Sequence record: DRR723986_8093
Strand: one strand, 5' to 3'
Length of the DNA stretch: 41,320 bases
How positions within the stretch are numbered: the stretch's first letter is position 1; each line of letters begins with the position of its first letter. Positions 28,946-39,248 of the stretch are shown here, piece after piece. The notes below the pieces were generated by a model. That model had not been told where the DNA came from, made no database searches, and worked only from the letters and a program-made list of their open reading frames with translations. Made by a program: the position numbers and the translations under genes.

Positions 28946-30286
28946 ATGGCACTTCGTTCGCCACTCGATCGCAAGATATGGGGTATTGCCTGGCCGGCCA
29001 TCCTCTCCAACATCTCCATTCCCCTGCTGGGGCTGGTGGATGCGGCTATTCTTGGCCACCTCGATAACGCCGGATTTCTCGGCGCCGTGGCCATCGGTGC
29101 AGCCATTCTATCCTTCCTGTACTGGGGCTTCAGTTTCCTGCGCATGGGCACCACCGGGCTGGTAGCCCGGGCCAGCGGCGCCGGCGACCATGCGGGTGCC
29201 TTTCTGGTACTCATGCAATCCGCCGTCCTGGCGGGCGCTCTGGCCCTGCTGGTCATGCTGCTGCACCCCCTCTGGCTGGGGTTTGGCTTCGGGTTGATGG
29301 CACCACAACCCGACCTGCTTCCGCTGGCCGACAGCTACGCACGTATCCGCATCGCCAGCGCGCCCGCTGTACTGGTGACGTATGCGATCGTCGGCTGGTT
29401 TATCGGTCGCCAGGACACCCGCTGGCCGATGGTTATTGTGGTGATCACCAATGTGGCGAATATCGGCCTCGATTTCCTCCTGATTATCGGCCTCGGGCTG
29501 AACAGTGACGGCGCCGCCATCGCCACGGTGATCGCCGAATACCTGGGCCTGGGCTTCGCCCTGTGGGCGGTGCACCGGGCGGCTCCCCGAGGGGCCTGGA
29601 GTGTAAACGTGGCGCACTTATCGAACTGGGCTGCCTACGGCAGGCTGTTACGGAGCAACCGGCACCTGCTTGTGCGCACCATGTGCCTGCTGGCAAGTTT
29701 TGCGTTCTTCACTGCCATGGGGGACAAACTCGGTGGGACAACCCTGGCGGCGAATGCGCTGATGATCCAGCTGCTGATGCTGGCCGCCTTTGCCATGGAC
29801 GGCTTCGCGTTCGCCGCCGAGGGCCTGGCGGGGGAAGCACTTGGCGCCCGCGACCTGCAGGCCTTCCTGGTGGCAGTTCGGCGCACCGCGCTGTGGACTT
29901 ACGGCTCAGCCGTGCTGATCAGCCTGGCCTTCGCCGCGCTGCACCCACTGCTGATTCCGCTGCTGACCGATCTCGACCCGGTGCGCGCGGTTATGCTCGC
30001 GCATATGCCGTGGCTGATTGCCCTGCCCTTGCTGGCCGCGCCCAGTTACTTGCTCGACGGTGTGTTCATCGGCGCTGCGGAAACCCGTCCGATGATGATC
30101 ACCATGCTGCTCAGCGCCGGCCTCGTCTACCTACCGGTGTGGCAGCTGTCCCAGGGCTGGGAGAATCACGGGCTATGGCTGGCTTTCTGCTGCTTCAACA
30201 CCGCGCGGGGCGTCAGCCTGTGGCTCTGGTACCGCTGGATGTGCCGTCATCAGCACTGGGTGAGCCCAGACCCCCTGGCTGGATAA
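28946..30286 (+). CDS. MATE family efflux transporter (DinF-like)
   Basis: AWPAILSNISIPLLGLVDAAILGHL, FLRMGTTG, DGFAFAAE; about 12 TM segments. Confidence 0.93.
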   Translation: MALRSPLDRKIWGIAWPAILSNISIPLLGLVDAAILGHLDNAGFLGAVAIGAAILSFLYWGFSFLRMGTTGLVARASGAGDHAGAFLVLMQSAVLAGALALLVMLLHPLWLGFGFGLMAPQPDLLPLADSYARIRIASAPAVLVTYAIVGWFIGRQDTRWPMVIVVITNVANIGLDFLLIIGLGLNSDGAAIATVIAEYLGLGFALWAVHRAAPRGAWSVNVAHLSNWAAYGRLLRSNRHLLVRTMCLLASFAFFTAMGDKLGGTTLAANALMIQLLMLAAFAMDGFAFAAEGLAGEALGARDLQAFLVAVRRTALWTYGSAVLISLAFAALHPLLIPLLTDLDPVRAVMLAHMPWLIALPLLAAPSYLLDGVFIGAAETRPMMITMLLSAGLVYLPVWQLSQGWENHGLWLAFCCFNTARGVSLWLWYRWMCRHQHWVSPDPLAG

Positions 30287-30359
30287 AAAATAGCCAAATA
30301 CTGGAAATGGTCTAGCCTGAACAAGAGCTTGCGCGCGCCGTATGGCGCCCGGATGCACC

Positions 30360-30998
30360 ATGGCCACATCGGATATTCGCGACATCATCGACCTCGCCGT
30401 CAGGCACGAGCGGGAAACGGGCGACCTGTACCTGCGCCTCGAGAAAAAGCTGCCCCAGCTCAACGAGCGCCTGGAGCTCCCCGCGGAGCAACCGGTGGCG
30501 GCCCTGATCGCCTTCATCACCAGCTATATCCGCAGCGTGCCAGGCTGCCTGAACCTGGTTAGCGCGGTCAGCAAGCAGCTGGGATTTTACGACTACGCCG
30601 CGCCATTCCTGCATATCGCGGAAGATTTTTTCCTGGCGCCGCCAGAGGAACTCCCGGAGGAGGGTGGTCTGGCCCTGCTGCTGGATGAGGCCTTTCTCGC
30701 CCACCGCCTGCTGGAGGAGGTCAATGACCATCATATCCGGCACCTGGGGCGCACCTTGCTGCCCCTTGATATGACCGAGGCCAACATCATCGTTCATCAC
30801 TTGCTGGGGGAAGCCCTCGCGGGACGTTTGGAACAGCTGGTCCAGTACACCACCCACCGCCTGCTGGACAAGGAGCACCTCTGGCGCAAGGTGCGAGACC
30901 TACCCGGGTCGGAGACGGCGCCCCTGCCCGGCTTCGAAAGCCAGAGTATCAGCGAGCCTGGAAAGATGATCCGGCTCAAACTCGCCGGCGCACGCTGA
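30360..30998 (+). CDS. Hypothetical helical protein
   Basis: Fills the gap with normal composition; LDEAFLAHRLLEEVND and DMTEANIIVHHLLG segments look conserved-like. Confidence 0.75.
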   Translation: MATSDIRDIIDLAVRHERETGDLYLRLEKKLPQLNERLELPAEQPVAALIAFITSYIRSVPGCLNLVSAVSKQLGFYDYAAPFLHIAEDFFLAPPEELPEEGGLALLLDEAFLAHRLLEEVNDHHIRHLGRTLLPLDMTEANIIVHHLLGEALAGRLEQLVQYTTHRLLDKEHLWRKVRDLPGSETAPLPGFESQSISEPGKMIRLKLAGAR

Positions 30999-31007
30999 AC
31001 GTCCGGG

Positions 31008-31259
31008 TCAATCCTTGGCCGCCGGGTCAATCAACTGCACTGGCTCAGCGGGGGTTTCCACTCGCCGTGCCGCCGGACGCGTCACCCGGGTAGGCAGGTC
31101 AACAGCGTCCGGGTCGCCCGGGCGGCTGTCACTGAAACCACAGGCGACGCATTCCCGCCGGTCGGTATCAAGGTCGACCAGGATCTTGTCCATCGCACTG
31201 CAGCGCGGGCAAACCGCCCCTGCGATAAAACGCCGTCGGCCCGGGTTCTTGCGCTCCAT
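31008..31259 (-). CDS. YheV family putative zinc-ribbon protein
   Basis: RRFIAGAVCPRC...D...RECVACGF; ATG 31259. Confidence 0.88.
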   Translation of the reverse strand: MERKNPGRRRFIAGAVCPRCSAMDKILVDLDTDRRECVACGFSDSRPGDPDAVDLPTRVTRPAARRVETPAEPVQLIDPAAKD

Positions 31260-31309
31260 CCTGATACCTGCTGTTAACTCCAATGCTGATCTTAGCAGCT
31301 TCCCCGGGG

Positions 31310-32146
31310 TCAGCCTGACATCAGCTGCCGCAGGCGATGAATAACCGGGGCGGTTTCGGGACGTACCCGGCGCCACAGGTAGAAAGACTCCGCCGCCTGC
31401 TCCACCAGCATCCCCAGCCCGTCAGCCACGGCCCACGCCGCTTCCTGGGCTGCCCAGCGCATGAATACCGTGGGCTCGGCCCCGTAGACCATGTCGTAAC
31501 AACAGCTGCGCTCGGTGAGAATCGAAGCCGGCAGTGCCGGCATCTCGCCCGCCAGACCGGCGCTGGACGCGTTGATAATCAGGTCAAACTGACGCCCTTC
31601 CCACAGGTCATAGCCTCCGCCCTCTACCGGGGTGGGGAAGTCGTTAAATTCCTCGGCTAGCTGCTCCGCGCGACCCGCGGTGCGGTTGGCGATCACCAGC
31701 TCCCGCGGGCGTTCACGCAACAGTGGCTCCAGCACCCCGCGCACCGCACCGCCGGCACCAATAACCAGGATGCGCGCACCCTGCACGGTCCAGCCAAGAT
31801 TGGCCACCATGTCGCGGATCAGCCCCACGCCGTCGGTGTTGTGCCCGACGATCCCGCCACCTGCTACCGGAACGAGGGTGTTCACAGCGCCGGCCCGGCG
31901 AGCACGCTCTGACAGCTCCCCGGCAAAAGCGAATGCATCGCGCTTAAACGGTACGGTCACATTCAAGCCCTTGCCGCCGCTGGCAAAAAACCGCCGGGCC
32001 GCGAGCTCAAACTGCCCCTCCTCGACGCGCACCGCGCGATACTGGATATCGTGTCCGAACTGCTCGGCAAACGCCATGTGGATGAGTGGCGACTTACTGT
32101 GCTTGACCGGATTGCCAAACACCGCGTATTTGTCTGCCGGGCTCAT
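31310..32146 (-). CDS. aroE: Shikimate dehydrogenase
   Basis: GNPVKHSKSP, NVTVPFK, GAVNT, NTDG, GAGGA, GMLVEQA; ATG 32146. Confidence 0.97.
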   Translation of the reverse strand: MSPADKYAVFGNPVKHSKSPLIHMAFAEQFGHDIQYRAVRVEEGQFELAARRFFASGGKGLNVTVPFKRDAFAFAGELSERARRAGAVNTLVPVAGGGIVGHNTDGVGLIRDMVANLGWTVQGARILVIGAGGAVRGVLEPLLRERPRELVIANRTAGRAEQLAEEFNDFPTPVEGGGYDLWEGRQFDLIINASSAGLAGEMPALPASILTERSCCYDMVYGAEPTVFMRWAAQEAAWAVADGLGMLVEQAAESFYLWRRVRPETAPVIHRLRQLMSG

Positions 32147-32192
32147 CGGGAACTCCCGGTCGCCATTGTGCCTGCCCCGCCTTGCAAGGACT

Positions 32193-33122
<930 letters not shown>

Positions 33123-33134
33123 TCAAGGTCGCGC

Positions 33135-33140
33135 ATTATA
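33135..33140 (-). promoter_or_regulatory. Putative -10 box of hemF-aroE
   Basis: TATAAT followed by GC-rich GCGCG, 27 nt upstream of the hemF ATG. Confidence 0.55.
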
Positions 33141-33153
33141 GTCGCGCCTGCCA

Positions 33154-33711
33154 TCAGGCACGAATTACTCGATCGCTGGCCAGATCGCGGATCACCGAAG
33201 GCCGTTTCGCACCCCCGGTGGCACCCGGCACTATACCGTCCAGGGCGTCGCCAAAGTAACGCACCACCTGGAACAATTCGGTCGCCGCCCGGCTGCCCCC
33301 TGGATTCGCCGAGGTAGACACCAGCGGGCCGCCCCAGGCGCGGCACAGCGCTGCCATAATCGGATGCGCGGTGACCCGCACCGCCACCGTACTGTGCTCG
33401 CCGCTCACCCAGGGAGGCACAAGGCCGTGATGCGGTAGCAACCAGCTGGTTGCACCGGGCCAGGACAGCTCAAGCTTGCGCCGCTGCCCCGGCTCCAGGC
33501 CCTGGAGCAAAAACGCGAGCTGATCAATGTCGCCAGCCACCAGAATGAGTCCCTTTTCCACCGGCCGATCCTTAAGTGACAGCAGCCGGTTAACCGCCCT
33601 GGCGCTGAAAGGATCACAGCTCAGGCCCCAGACCGCCTCCGTGGGGCAGGCGATCACGCCACCGACGCGCAGAGCGTCAACGGCAAATTGCAGGCGCAGG
33701 GTCGGTTTCAT
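33154..33711 (-). CDS. tsaC: L-threonylcarbamoyladenylate synthase (TsaC/YrdC)
   Basis: ACPTEAVWGL, KDRPVEKGLIL, VSTSAN; 185 aa single YrdC domain. Confidence 0.95.
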   Translation of the reverse strand: MKPTLRLQFAVDALRVGGVIACPTEAVWGLSCDPFSARAVNRLLSLKDRPVEKGLILVAGDIDQLAFLLQGLEPGQRRKLELSWPGATSWLLPHHGLVPPWVSGEHSTVAVRVTAHPIMAALCRAWGGPLVSTSANPGGSRAATELFQVVRYFGDALDGIVPGATGGAKRPSVIRDLASDRVIRA

Positions 33712-33767
33712 CGGGTATCGCCAACCCGCGGGTGATGCGCGAGGGTGACTGCGACAGGCAAGCTCAT
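33708..33767 (-). CDS. Putative 19-aa upstream ORF MSLPVAVTLAHHPRVGDTR
   Basis: GGAGA SD 4 nt before ATG 33767; TGA overlaps tsaC ATG (ATGA). Confidence 0.4.
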   Translation of the reverse strand: MSLPVAVTLAHHPRVGDTR

Positions 33768-33859
33768 GGATTCTCCGGCTGATGTCATCCGTTGCACCCG
33801 GGCCGGGTGAGGCCGAATTCTACCAAGCCGGATACGCAACACAAACCGCCAACCCCCGT

Positions 33860-34975
33860 TCAGCAACGAATCACCCCCCCGGGCGTGCGAGTCACCAGAC
33901 CTTCCAGCTCCAACAGCGAAATCGCGCTGATCACCGAGGATGCCGGCAGGTCTACGCTGAGCGCCAGCGAATCAATAGCGATCGGCTCATAGCCCACCAG
34001 CGCCAACATTTTGCGGGCTTCGGCGGGCAGGTGATCCGGGGCCGGCTGCGGTGCAGGCGCAGCGCCCGGTCGTAGCGGTCGTTTGAACCAGGCCAGACCC
34101 GCCATCACATCCTCAGCGCACTGCACCTGAAGCGCTCCGTCACGGAGCAACCGCAGGCATCCGGCACCACCCAGGTGCAGGATGGACCAGGGAACAGCAA
34201 ACACATCGCGGCCCTGCTCGGCTGCAGCCTGCGCCGTGAGCAGGGAGCCGCTGGGCAGCGCGGCCTCCACCACCAGCGTGCCGAGGGACAGGCCGCTGAT
34301 CAGCCGGTTGCGGCGCGGGAAATGCCCCTTGCGCGGCGCGGTACCGGGTGGGAATTCGGTTACCAGACAACCGCTCTGCTGCAGCGCCTGCGCCAGCGCC
34401 CGGTGGCGCCGGGGATATACCTGGTCGATGCCGGTGGCCATCACCGCCACCGAGGCGCCGCCGACTGCCAGCGCTCCCTGGTGCGCTGCGCCGTCGATTC
34501 CCAGTGCCAGGCCACTGCTTATAACCAGGCCGCATTCCGCCAGCCGCGCCGCAAGCTCCCCGGCGATCCGCAGGCCCGCCGGGCTGGCCCTGCGACTTCC
34601 GACCACCGCCAGCTGGGCTTGCAGCAGGGTCTCAGGACGACCACGAACGTAAAGCAGAGGCGGGGGGTCGTGGATCGCGGCCAGCAGGGGAGGGTATTTG
34701 TCCTGCGGATATGCCAGCACGCTGACACCCAGGTCCAACAGGCGTTCACAGCGCCTGGACAGTTCGTCGCTGGCAAGCGCCGCATCGCGAGCCCGGGCCA
34801 GGGCGGACGCGACTTCAGGACTCAGGCCACGCCGACGCCAGGCGGCAGGTTCCGCTGCCAGTAGCTCTGCGGTGGAACCGAAGTCGCACAGGAGACGATA
34901 TAAGATTCGGGGTTGAAGTTCGGCAATGCCGTGCAGCAGCAGGGCATCCCGCAGCGGCGTTTCTGCTTGGTCCAT
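33860..34975 (-). CDS. dprA: DNA-processing protein DprA
   Basis: YPPLLAAIHDPP, VVGSR, SGLALGIDGAAH, FPRRNRLISGL, SGSLLTA; C-terminal winged helix. Confidence 0.97.
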   Translation of the reverse strand: MDQAETPLRDALLLHGIAELQPRILYRLLCDFGSTAELLAAEPAAWRRRGLSPEVASALARARDAALASDELSRRCERLLDLGVSVLAYPQDKYPPLLAAIHDPPPLLYVRGRPETLLQAQLAVVGSRRASPAGLRIAGELAARLAECGLVISSGLALGIDGAAHQGALAVGGASVAVMATGIDQVYPRRHRALAQALQQSGCLVTEFPPGTAPRKGHFPRRNRLISGLSLGTLVVEAALPSGSLLTAQAAAEQGRDVFAVPWSILHLGGAGCLRLLRDGALQVQCAEDVMAGLAWFKRPLRPGAAPAPQPAPDHLPAEARKMLALVGYEPIAIDSLALSVDLPASSVISAISLLELEGLVTRTPGGVIRC

Positions 34976-35066
34976 GGCGTCATCCTTGACAGCATGTCCT
35001 GGGGAAAACCGGGGCCCCCAACGGCGGAGGTCGGCATGGCGCCACGTCCTGTGGCGCCGCTAAAAC

Positions 35067-36101
35067 TCAGGGGTTCTTGACCTTGTCCAGCACCTTGAGC
35101 ACGCGATTGGACTTGAGCACGATGGCATAGCTCGCTTTTTCAAAGGTTTCGAACACCATGGCCAGGCCGGCCCGGGAATCCGGCAGCTGCACGTTACCGC
35201 CGGCTACCTTGTCCTGCACTACCTCGCCTGTCTGGTAAACCGCCAGCACGTGGCCCACTTCCAAACCATCCCGCTTGCCCTTGTTCAGGACCACCACATC
35301 GGTGGTGCCGACCTGGGTAACACCGCCATCGACCGCGATCATGAAGCCGTCGACGATTTCGGTATCCGGAGCCCGGGGGTGGAAAGTGGCATCGATAATG
35401 CGCTCCTCCATTGGCAGCAGGCGATCCGCAATGCGCACCTCCTCCGTTACCCGGGTGATTTCCAGCTCGGTAACTTCATCCCTGTTGCTGCTCAACAGGC
35501 GGGCACTGCCGATATCCATCGCCTGGTAACCCAGCAGTTCATTGGTCAGCGGATCAAAATAGGTGTCGCCGGCCCGGTAAATGCCATAGGCCCGCTCGCC
35601 ATCGGGAAAAGGACCCCGACCGAAGACCCGATCGCCGGGGCCGCTGATGAGGTTGCCCTCATCCGCCGCCACCACATAGGCCGAATTGTTCAGTGCGTCC
35701 GCCCCAAGGATACGATGGCGACGCAGGAAGGCCCCGATCTGGTCCAGCGGAATCAGCGGAATGGCCAGGTCCAGCGGGCTGACCCGCATATTGGGTTCCA
35801 GTTTGACATCCCGACCGCGCTTCAGGCGCAGCCTGGGCTGGCCGTCAATCCAGACCAGGTACAGCTCATCGCCGGGGTAGATCAGGTGGGGGTTGTCGAT
35901 CTGCGGGTTTACGTCCCACAGCTCGGGCCAGAGCCAGGGCTTCTGGAGGTACATGCCCGAAATGCCCCAGAGGGTGTCGCCCTTCTTGACGATATAGGTT
36001 TCTGGAACATCTTCGTTGAGTTCGACTTGCGCCCAAGACGGTGCGCTGAGCAGTAGCGTGACCGCCAGTAACAGGCTCGCTGACAATGACCGGTTTCTCA
36101 T
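35067..36101 (-). CDS. LysM peptidoglycan-binding protein, TsaP-like
   Basis: Signal peptide, YIVKKGDTLWGIS and NPQIDNPHLIYPGD; lies between def and dprA like Pseudomonas tsaP; ATG 36101. Confidence 0.88.
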   Translation of the reverse strand: MRNRSLSASLLLAVTLLLSAPSWAQVELNEDVPETYIVKKGDTLWGISGMYLQKPWLWPELWDVNPQIDNPHLIYPGDELYLVWIDGQPRLRLKRGRDVKLEPNMRVSPLDLAIPLIPLDQIGAFLRRHRILGADALNNSAYVVAADEGNLISGPGDRVFGRGPFPDGERAYGIYRAGDTYFDPLTNELLGYQAMDIGSARLLSSNRDEVTELEITRVTEEVRIADRLLPMEERIIDATFHPRAPDTEIVDGFMIAVDGGVTQVGTTDVVVLNKGKRDGLEVGHVLAVYQTGEVVQDKVAGGNVQLPDSRAGLAMVFETFEKASYAIVLKSNRVLKVLDKVKNP

Positions 36102-36355
36102 TCCTGTGCCCCTTTGTGGTCTTGTTATTGTCTGCCGTATCGTTTTAAGCATAGCAGCATCCCTGCAATCTGCCCCCGACAGCACTGCCCCGACAGATGC
36201 CGGAACAGTTCCCCCTGTGGCTTAGCACCGCCACCTAAGCAGTTGTATAATAAGCACAGTTTGCGGCGGCTATTCGCCACTGGCAAGCCCAAATGTGACT
36301 AATTCACCAATGCCTGATCGGCCCGATCCGGCCGCATCAACGAGCACCTGACTTC

Positions 36356-36862
36356 ATGGCTGTACTGGATATTCTGGAATTTCCCGACCCGCGGCTGCGC
36401 ACCGTGGCGCAACCGCTCGCGCAGGTTACCGACCAGACCCGATCGCTGATCGACGACATGTTTGAAACCATGTATGACGCCCCGGGCATTGGCCTGGCCG
36501 CGACCCAGGTAGACGTGCACCAGCGCCTGCTGGTCATTGACGTCAGCGAGGATCACAGTGAGCCGCTGGTGTTCATCAACCCGGAGGTAGAGGTGCTGGA
36601 CGATACCCTGGGCGAGTACGACGAGGGCTGCCTGTCGGTGCCGGGCTTCTACGAAACCGTCAACCGACCGCGGCGCATCCGGGTTACCGCCCTGGACCGC
36701 AACGGTGAGGCGTTTACCCGCGAGCTGGAGGGCCTGCTGGCTATCTGCCTGCAACACGAAATCGACCATCTCGACGGCAAGCTCTTCGTCGACTACCTGT
36801 CACCACTCAAGCGTCAGAGAATCCGCAAAAAGCTGGAGAAATCCCAGCGCCGGCAGGCCTGA
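36356..36862 (+). CDS. def: Peptide deformylase
   Basis: [20 protein letters not shown]. Confidence 0.99.
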   Translation: MAVLDILEFPDPRLRTVAQPLAQVTDQTRSLIDDMFETMYDAPGIGLAATQVDVHQRLLVIDVSEDHSEPLVFINPEVEVLDDTLGEYDEGCLSVPGFYETVNRPRRIRVTALDRNGEAFTRELEGLLAICLQHEIDHLDGKLFVDYLSPLKRQRIRKKLEKSQRRQA

Positions 36863-36868
36863 AGGTAA

Positions 36869-37843
36869 GTGAGTACAAACTCACTCCGTCTGGTCTTCGC
36901 TGGAACCCCGGACTTCGCCGCCCGCCACCTCGCCGCGCTGCTGGCCTGTCCGCATCAGCTGGCGGCGGTCTACACCCAGCCGGACAGGCCCGCCGGTCGC
37001 GGCAAGAAACTGCAGGCAAGCCCGGTCAAGCAGCTGGCGCTGGACGCCGGCATCCCGGTTTACCAGCCGCCAAGCTTACGCGACGATGAGGCCCGGCAAG
37101 CCCTCGCCGAGCTGCAACCGGATGTCCTGGTGGTGGTCGCCTACGGACTGATCCTGCCCCAGGCAGTCCTCGATATCCCCCGCCTGGGCTGTCTCAATGT
37201 GCACGCCTCGCTGCTGCCCCGCTGGCGCGGCGCGGCGCCGATCCAGCGCGCAATCGAAGCAGGCGACCGGGAGACCGGGGTGACCATCATGCAAATGGAT
37301 GCCGGCCTCGATACCGGCGCGATGCTGGCCAGTTCCCGCTGCCAGATTGACCCGGCGACTACCGCCGCCAGCCTGCACGATCAGCTGGCGGAACTGGGAG
37401 CACCCCTGCTGCTGGCGGTGCTGGATGACCTCGAGAATTACCAGCGCTCGGCACAGGTGCAGGATGACCAGCTGGCTACCTATGCGGAGAAGATCCGCAA
37501 GGAAGAAGCCCTGGTCGACTGGGACTGCGCCGCCGACCAGCTGGCCCTGCGGATCGCCGCCTTCAACCCCTTCCCGGTGTGCTACAGCCTGCTGGGGAAA
37601 GAACGTATCCGAATCTGGCAGGCCTGCTGCCAACCCCTGCCGGGACACGTCGCGCCACCGGGCACCATCCTGCAGGCTGACAACAACGGCCTGCTGGTCG
37701 CCTGCGGTAGCGGCGCCCTGCTCCTGCAGCAACTGCAGTTGCCAGGAGGCCGCGCCATGGCCGTCTCGGAACTGCTGAACTCCCGCGGGGAACTGCTCGC
37801 GGCGGGGGGGCAGTTCTCCAGCGCCCCGAGCGGAGCCAGCTGA
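36869..37843 (+). CDS. fmt: Methionyl-tRNA formyltransferase
   Basis: FAGTPDFA, TQPDRPAGRG, NVHASLLPRWRGAAPI. Confidence 0.99.
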   Translation: MSTNSLRLVFAGTPDFAARHLAALLACPHQLAAVYTQPDRPAGRGKKLQASPVKQLALDAGIPVYQPPSLRDDEARQALAELQPDVLVVVAYGLILPQAVLDIPRLGCLNVHASLLPRWRGAAPIQRAIEAGDRETGVTIMQMDAGLDTGAMLASSRCQIDPATTAASLHDQLAELGAPLLLAVLDDLENYQRSAQVQDDQLATYAEKIRKEEALVDWDCAADQLALRIAAFNPFPVCYSLLGKERIRIWQACCQPLPGHVAPPGTILQADNNGLLVACGSGALLLQQLQLPGGRAMAVSELLNSRGELLAAGGQFSSAPSGAS

Positions 37844-39150
37844 TGGCCCGCCAACGCGGGCCACTGGACCCTCGCGTGGCGGCGGCCCGGGCTGTTCAGC
37901 GGGTACTGGCGGGAGACTCGCTGAATCAGTGCCTGCCGCCCCTGGTCGCCAGCGTCGCCGAACGCGAGCGCGGTCTGCTGCAGCAGCTGAGCTATGGCAC
38001 CCTGCGCCTCTACCCGCGGCTGGAAGCCCTGCTGCGGCAGCTGTTGGACAAACCCCTGCGCGCCAAAGACGCCGATGTACAGGCGCTGTTGCTGGTCGGG
38101 CTGTACCAGTTGGCGGAAACGCGCATACCTGACCATGCCGCGGTCTCCACCACTGTTGCCGCCACTGCCGCCCTGGGAAAGGGCTGGGCCCGCGGGCTCT
38201 GTAACGGGGTGCTGCGCCGTTACGCCCGGGAGGCCGAAACGCTGGAACAGGGGCTGGACCCGGCCAGCGCTGCGGCTCACCCGGTCTGGCTTTACCAGCA
38301 GATCCAGACCGAGTGGCCCCAGGACTGGGCGGGGATCATCGACGCCAACAACGACCAGCCACCGATGACCTTGCGCGTCGATCTGAGCCGCATCGATAGA
38401 GCGGCTTACCTGCAACAATTACAGGAAGCCGGTCTGGCGGGTCACCCGGGCCAGATCAGCGAAGCGGCGGTTTACCTGGAACAGGCGGCGGACGTAAGCC
38501 GGCTACCCGGCTTCAGCGATGGCCTGGTCAGTGTTCAGGATGAGGCCGCGCAGCTGGCTGCGCCCCTGCTCGCCTGCCGTGAGGGCGACCGGGTATTGGA
38601 CGCCTGCGCCGCCCCCGGCGGCAAAACCGGGCACCTGCTGGAATCCACCCCCGGCCTGCAACTGGTGGCCATGGATCTCGACCCGCTGCGCCTGCAACGG
38701 GTAGCGGATAACCTGCAGCGCCTGCAACGCCCCGCCGAACTGCTGGCGGGTGACGGCGCTAATCCACCGAAAGCACTGGGCGACCAGCGTTTCGAACGCA
38801 TCCTGGTGGACGCACCGTGCTCCGCCAGCGGGGTTATCCGCCGCCATCCGGATATCAAGGTACTGCGCAGGCCGGACGACGCATCGGGCTTTGCCAGCCA
38901 GCAACTGGCCATCCTCGAGGGCCTGTGGCCATTACTGGCCCCCGGCGGCACCTTGCTCTACGTCACCTGCTCGATCTTCGCCGAAGAGAACGATACGGTG
39001 CTGGCCACGTTCCTGGCCGCCCACCCCGAGGCCAGCGCTGAACCAATTGCCGGGGACTGGGGCAGGGCCACGCGCCTGGGGCGCCAGCTGCTGCCGGGCC
39101 GCGATGGGCCCGACGGACTGTATTTCTCACTGCTCCGCCGCCCGTCCTAG
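37843..39150 (+). CDS. rsmB: 16S rRNA m5C967 methyltransferase
   Basis: NusB-like N-terminus; VQDEAAQ, DACAAPGGK, DAPCS, YVTCS. Confidence 0.97.
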   Translation: MARQRGPLDPRVAAARAVQRVLAGDSLNQCLPPLVASVAERERGLLQQLSYGTLRLYPRLEALLRQLLDKPLRAKDADVQALLLVGLYQLAETRIPDHAAVSTTVAATAALGKGWARGLCNGVLRRYAREAETLEQGLDPASAAAHPVWLYQQIQTEWPQDWAGIIDANNDQPPMTLRVDLSRIDRAAYLQQLQEAGLAGHPGQISEAAVYLEQAADVSRLPGFSDGLVSVQDEAAQLAAPLLACREGDRVLDACAAPGGKTGHLLESTPGLQLVAMDLDPLRLQRVADNLQRLQRPAELLAGDGANPPKALGDQRFERILVDAPCSASGVIRRHPDIKVLRRPDDASGFASQQLAILEGLWPLLAPGGTLLYVTCSIFAEENDTVLATFLAAHPEASAEPIAGDWGRATRLGRQLLPGRDGPDGLYFSLLRRPS

Positions 39151-39248
39151 CAAGCCTGCGGCATGTGCATAATTCCCCGTGCGCGCACTTACATTCACAG
39201 GTGGTTTTATTTAAGGTGCAACGGTATTTCCGGTAGGTTCGTCGGGTC

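Noticed and set aside
36170..36196. Tandem CTGCCCC(C)GACAG repeat upstream of the LysM gene
   Set aside because: Only two imperfect GC-rich copies; not an array and no matching motif known to me.
36291..36310. CRP/Vfr-like site AAATGTGA-ctaat-TCACC near the LysM-dprA genes
   Set aside because: Half-sites are 5 bp apart, not the required 6, and the second is degenerate.
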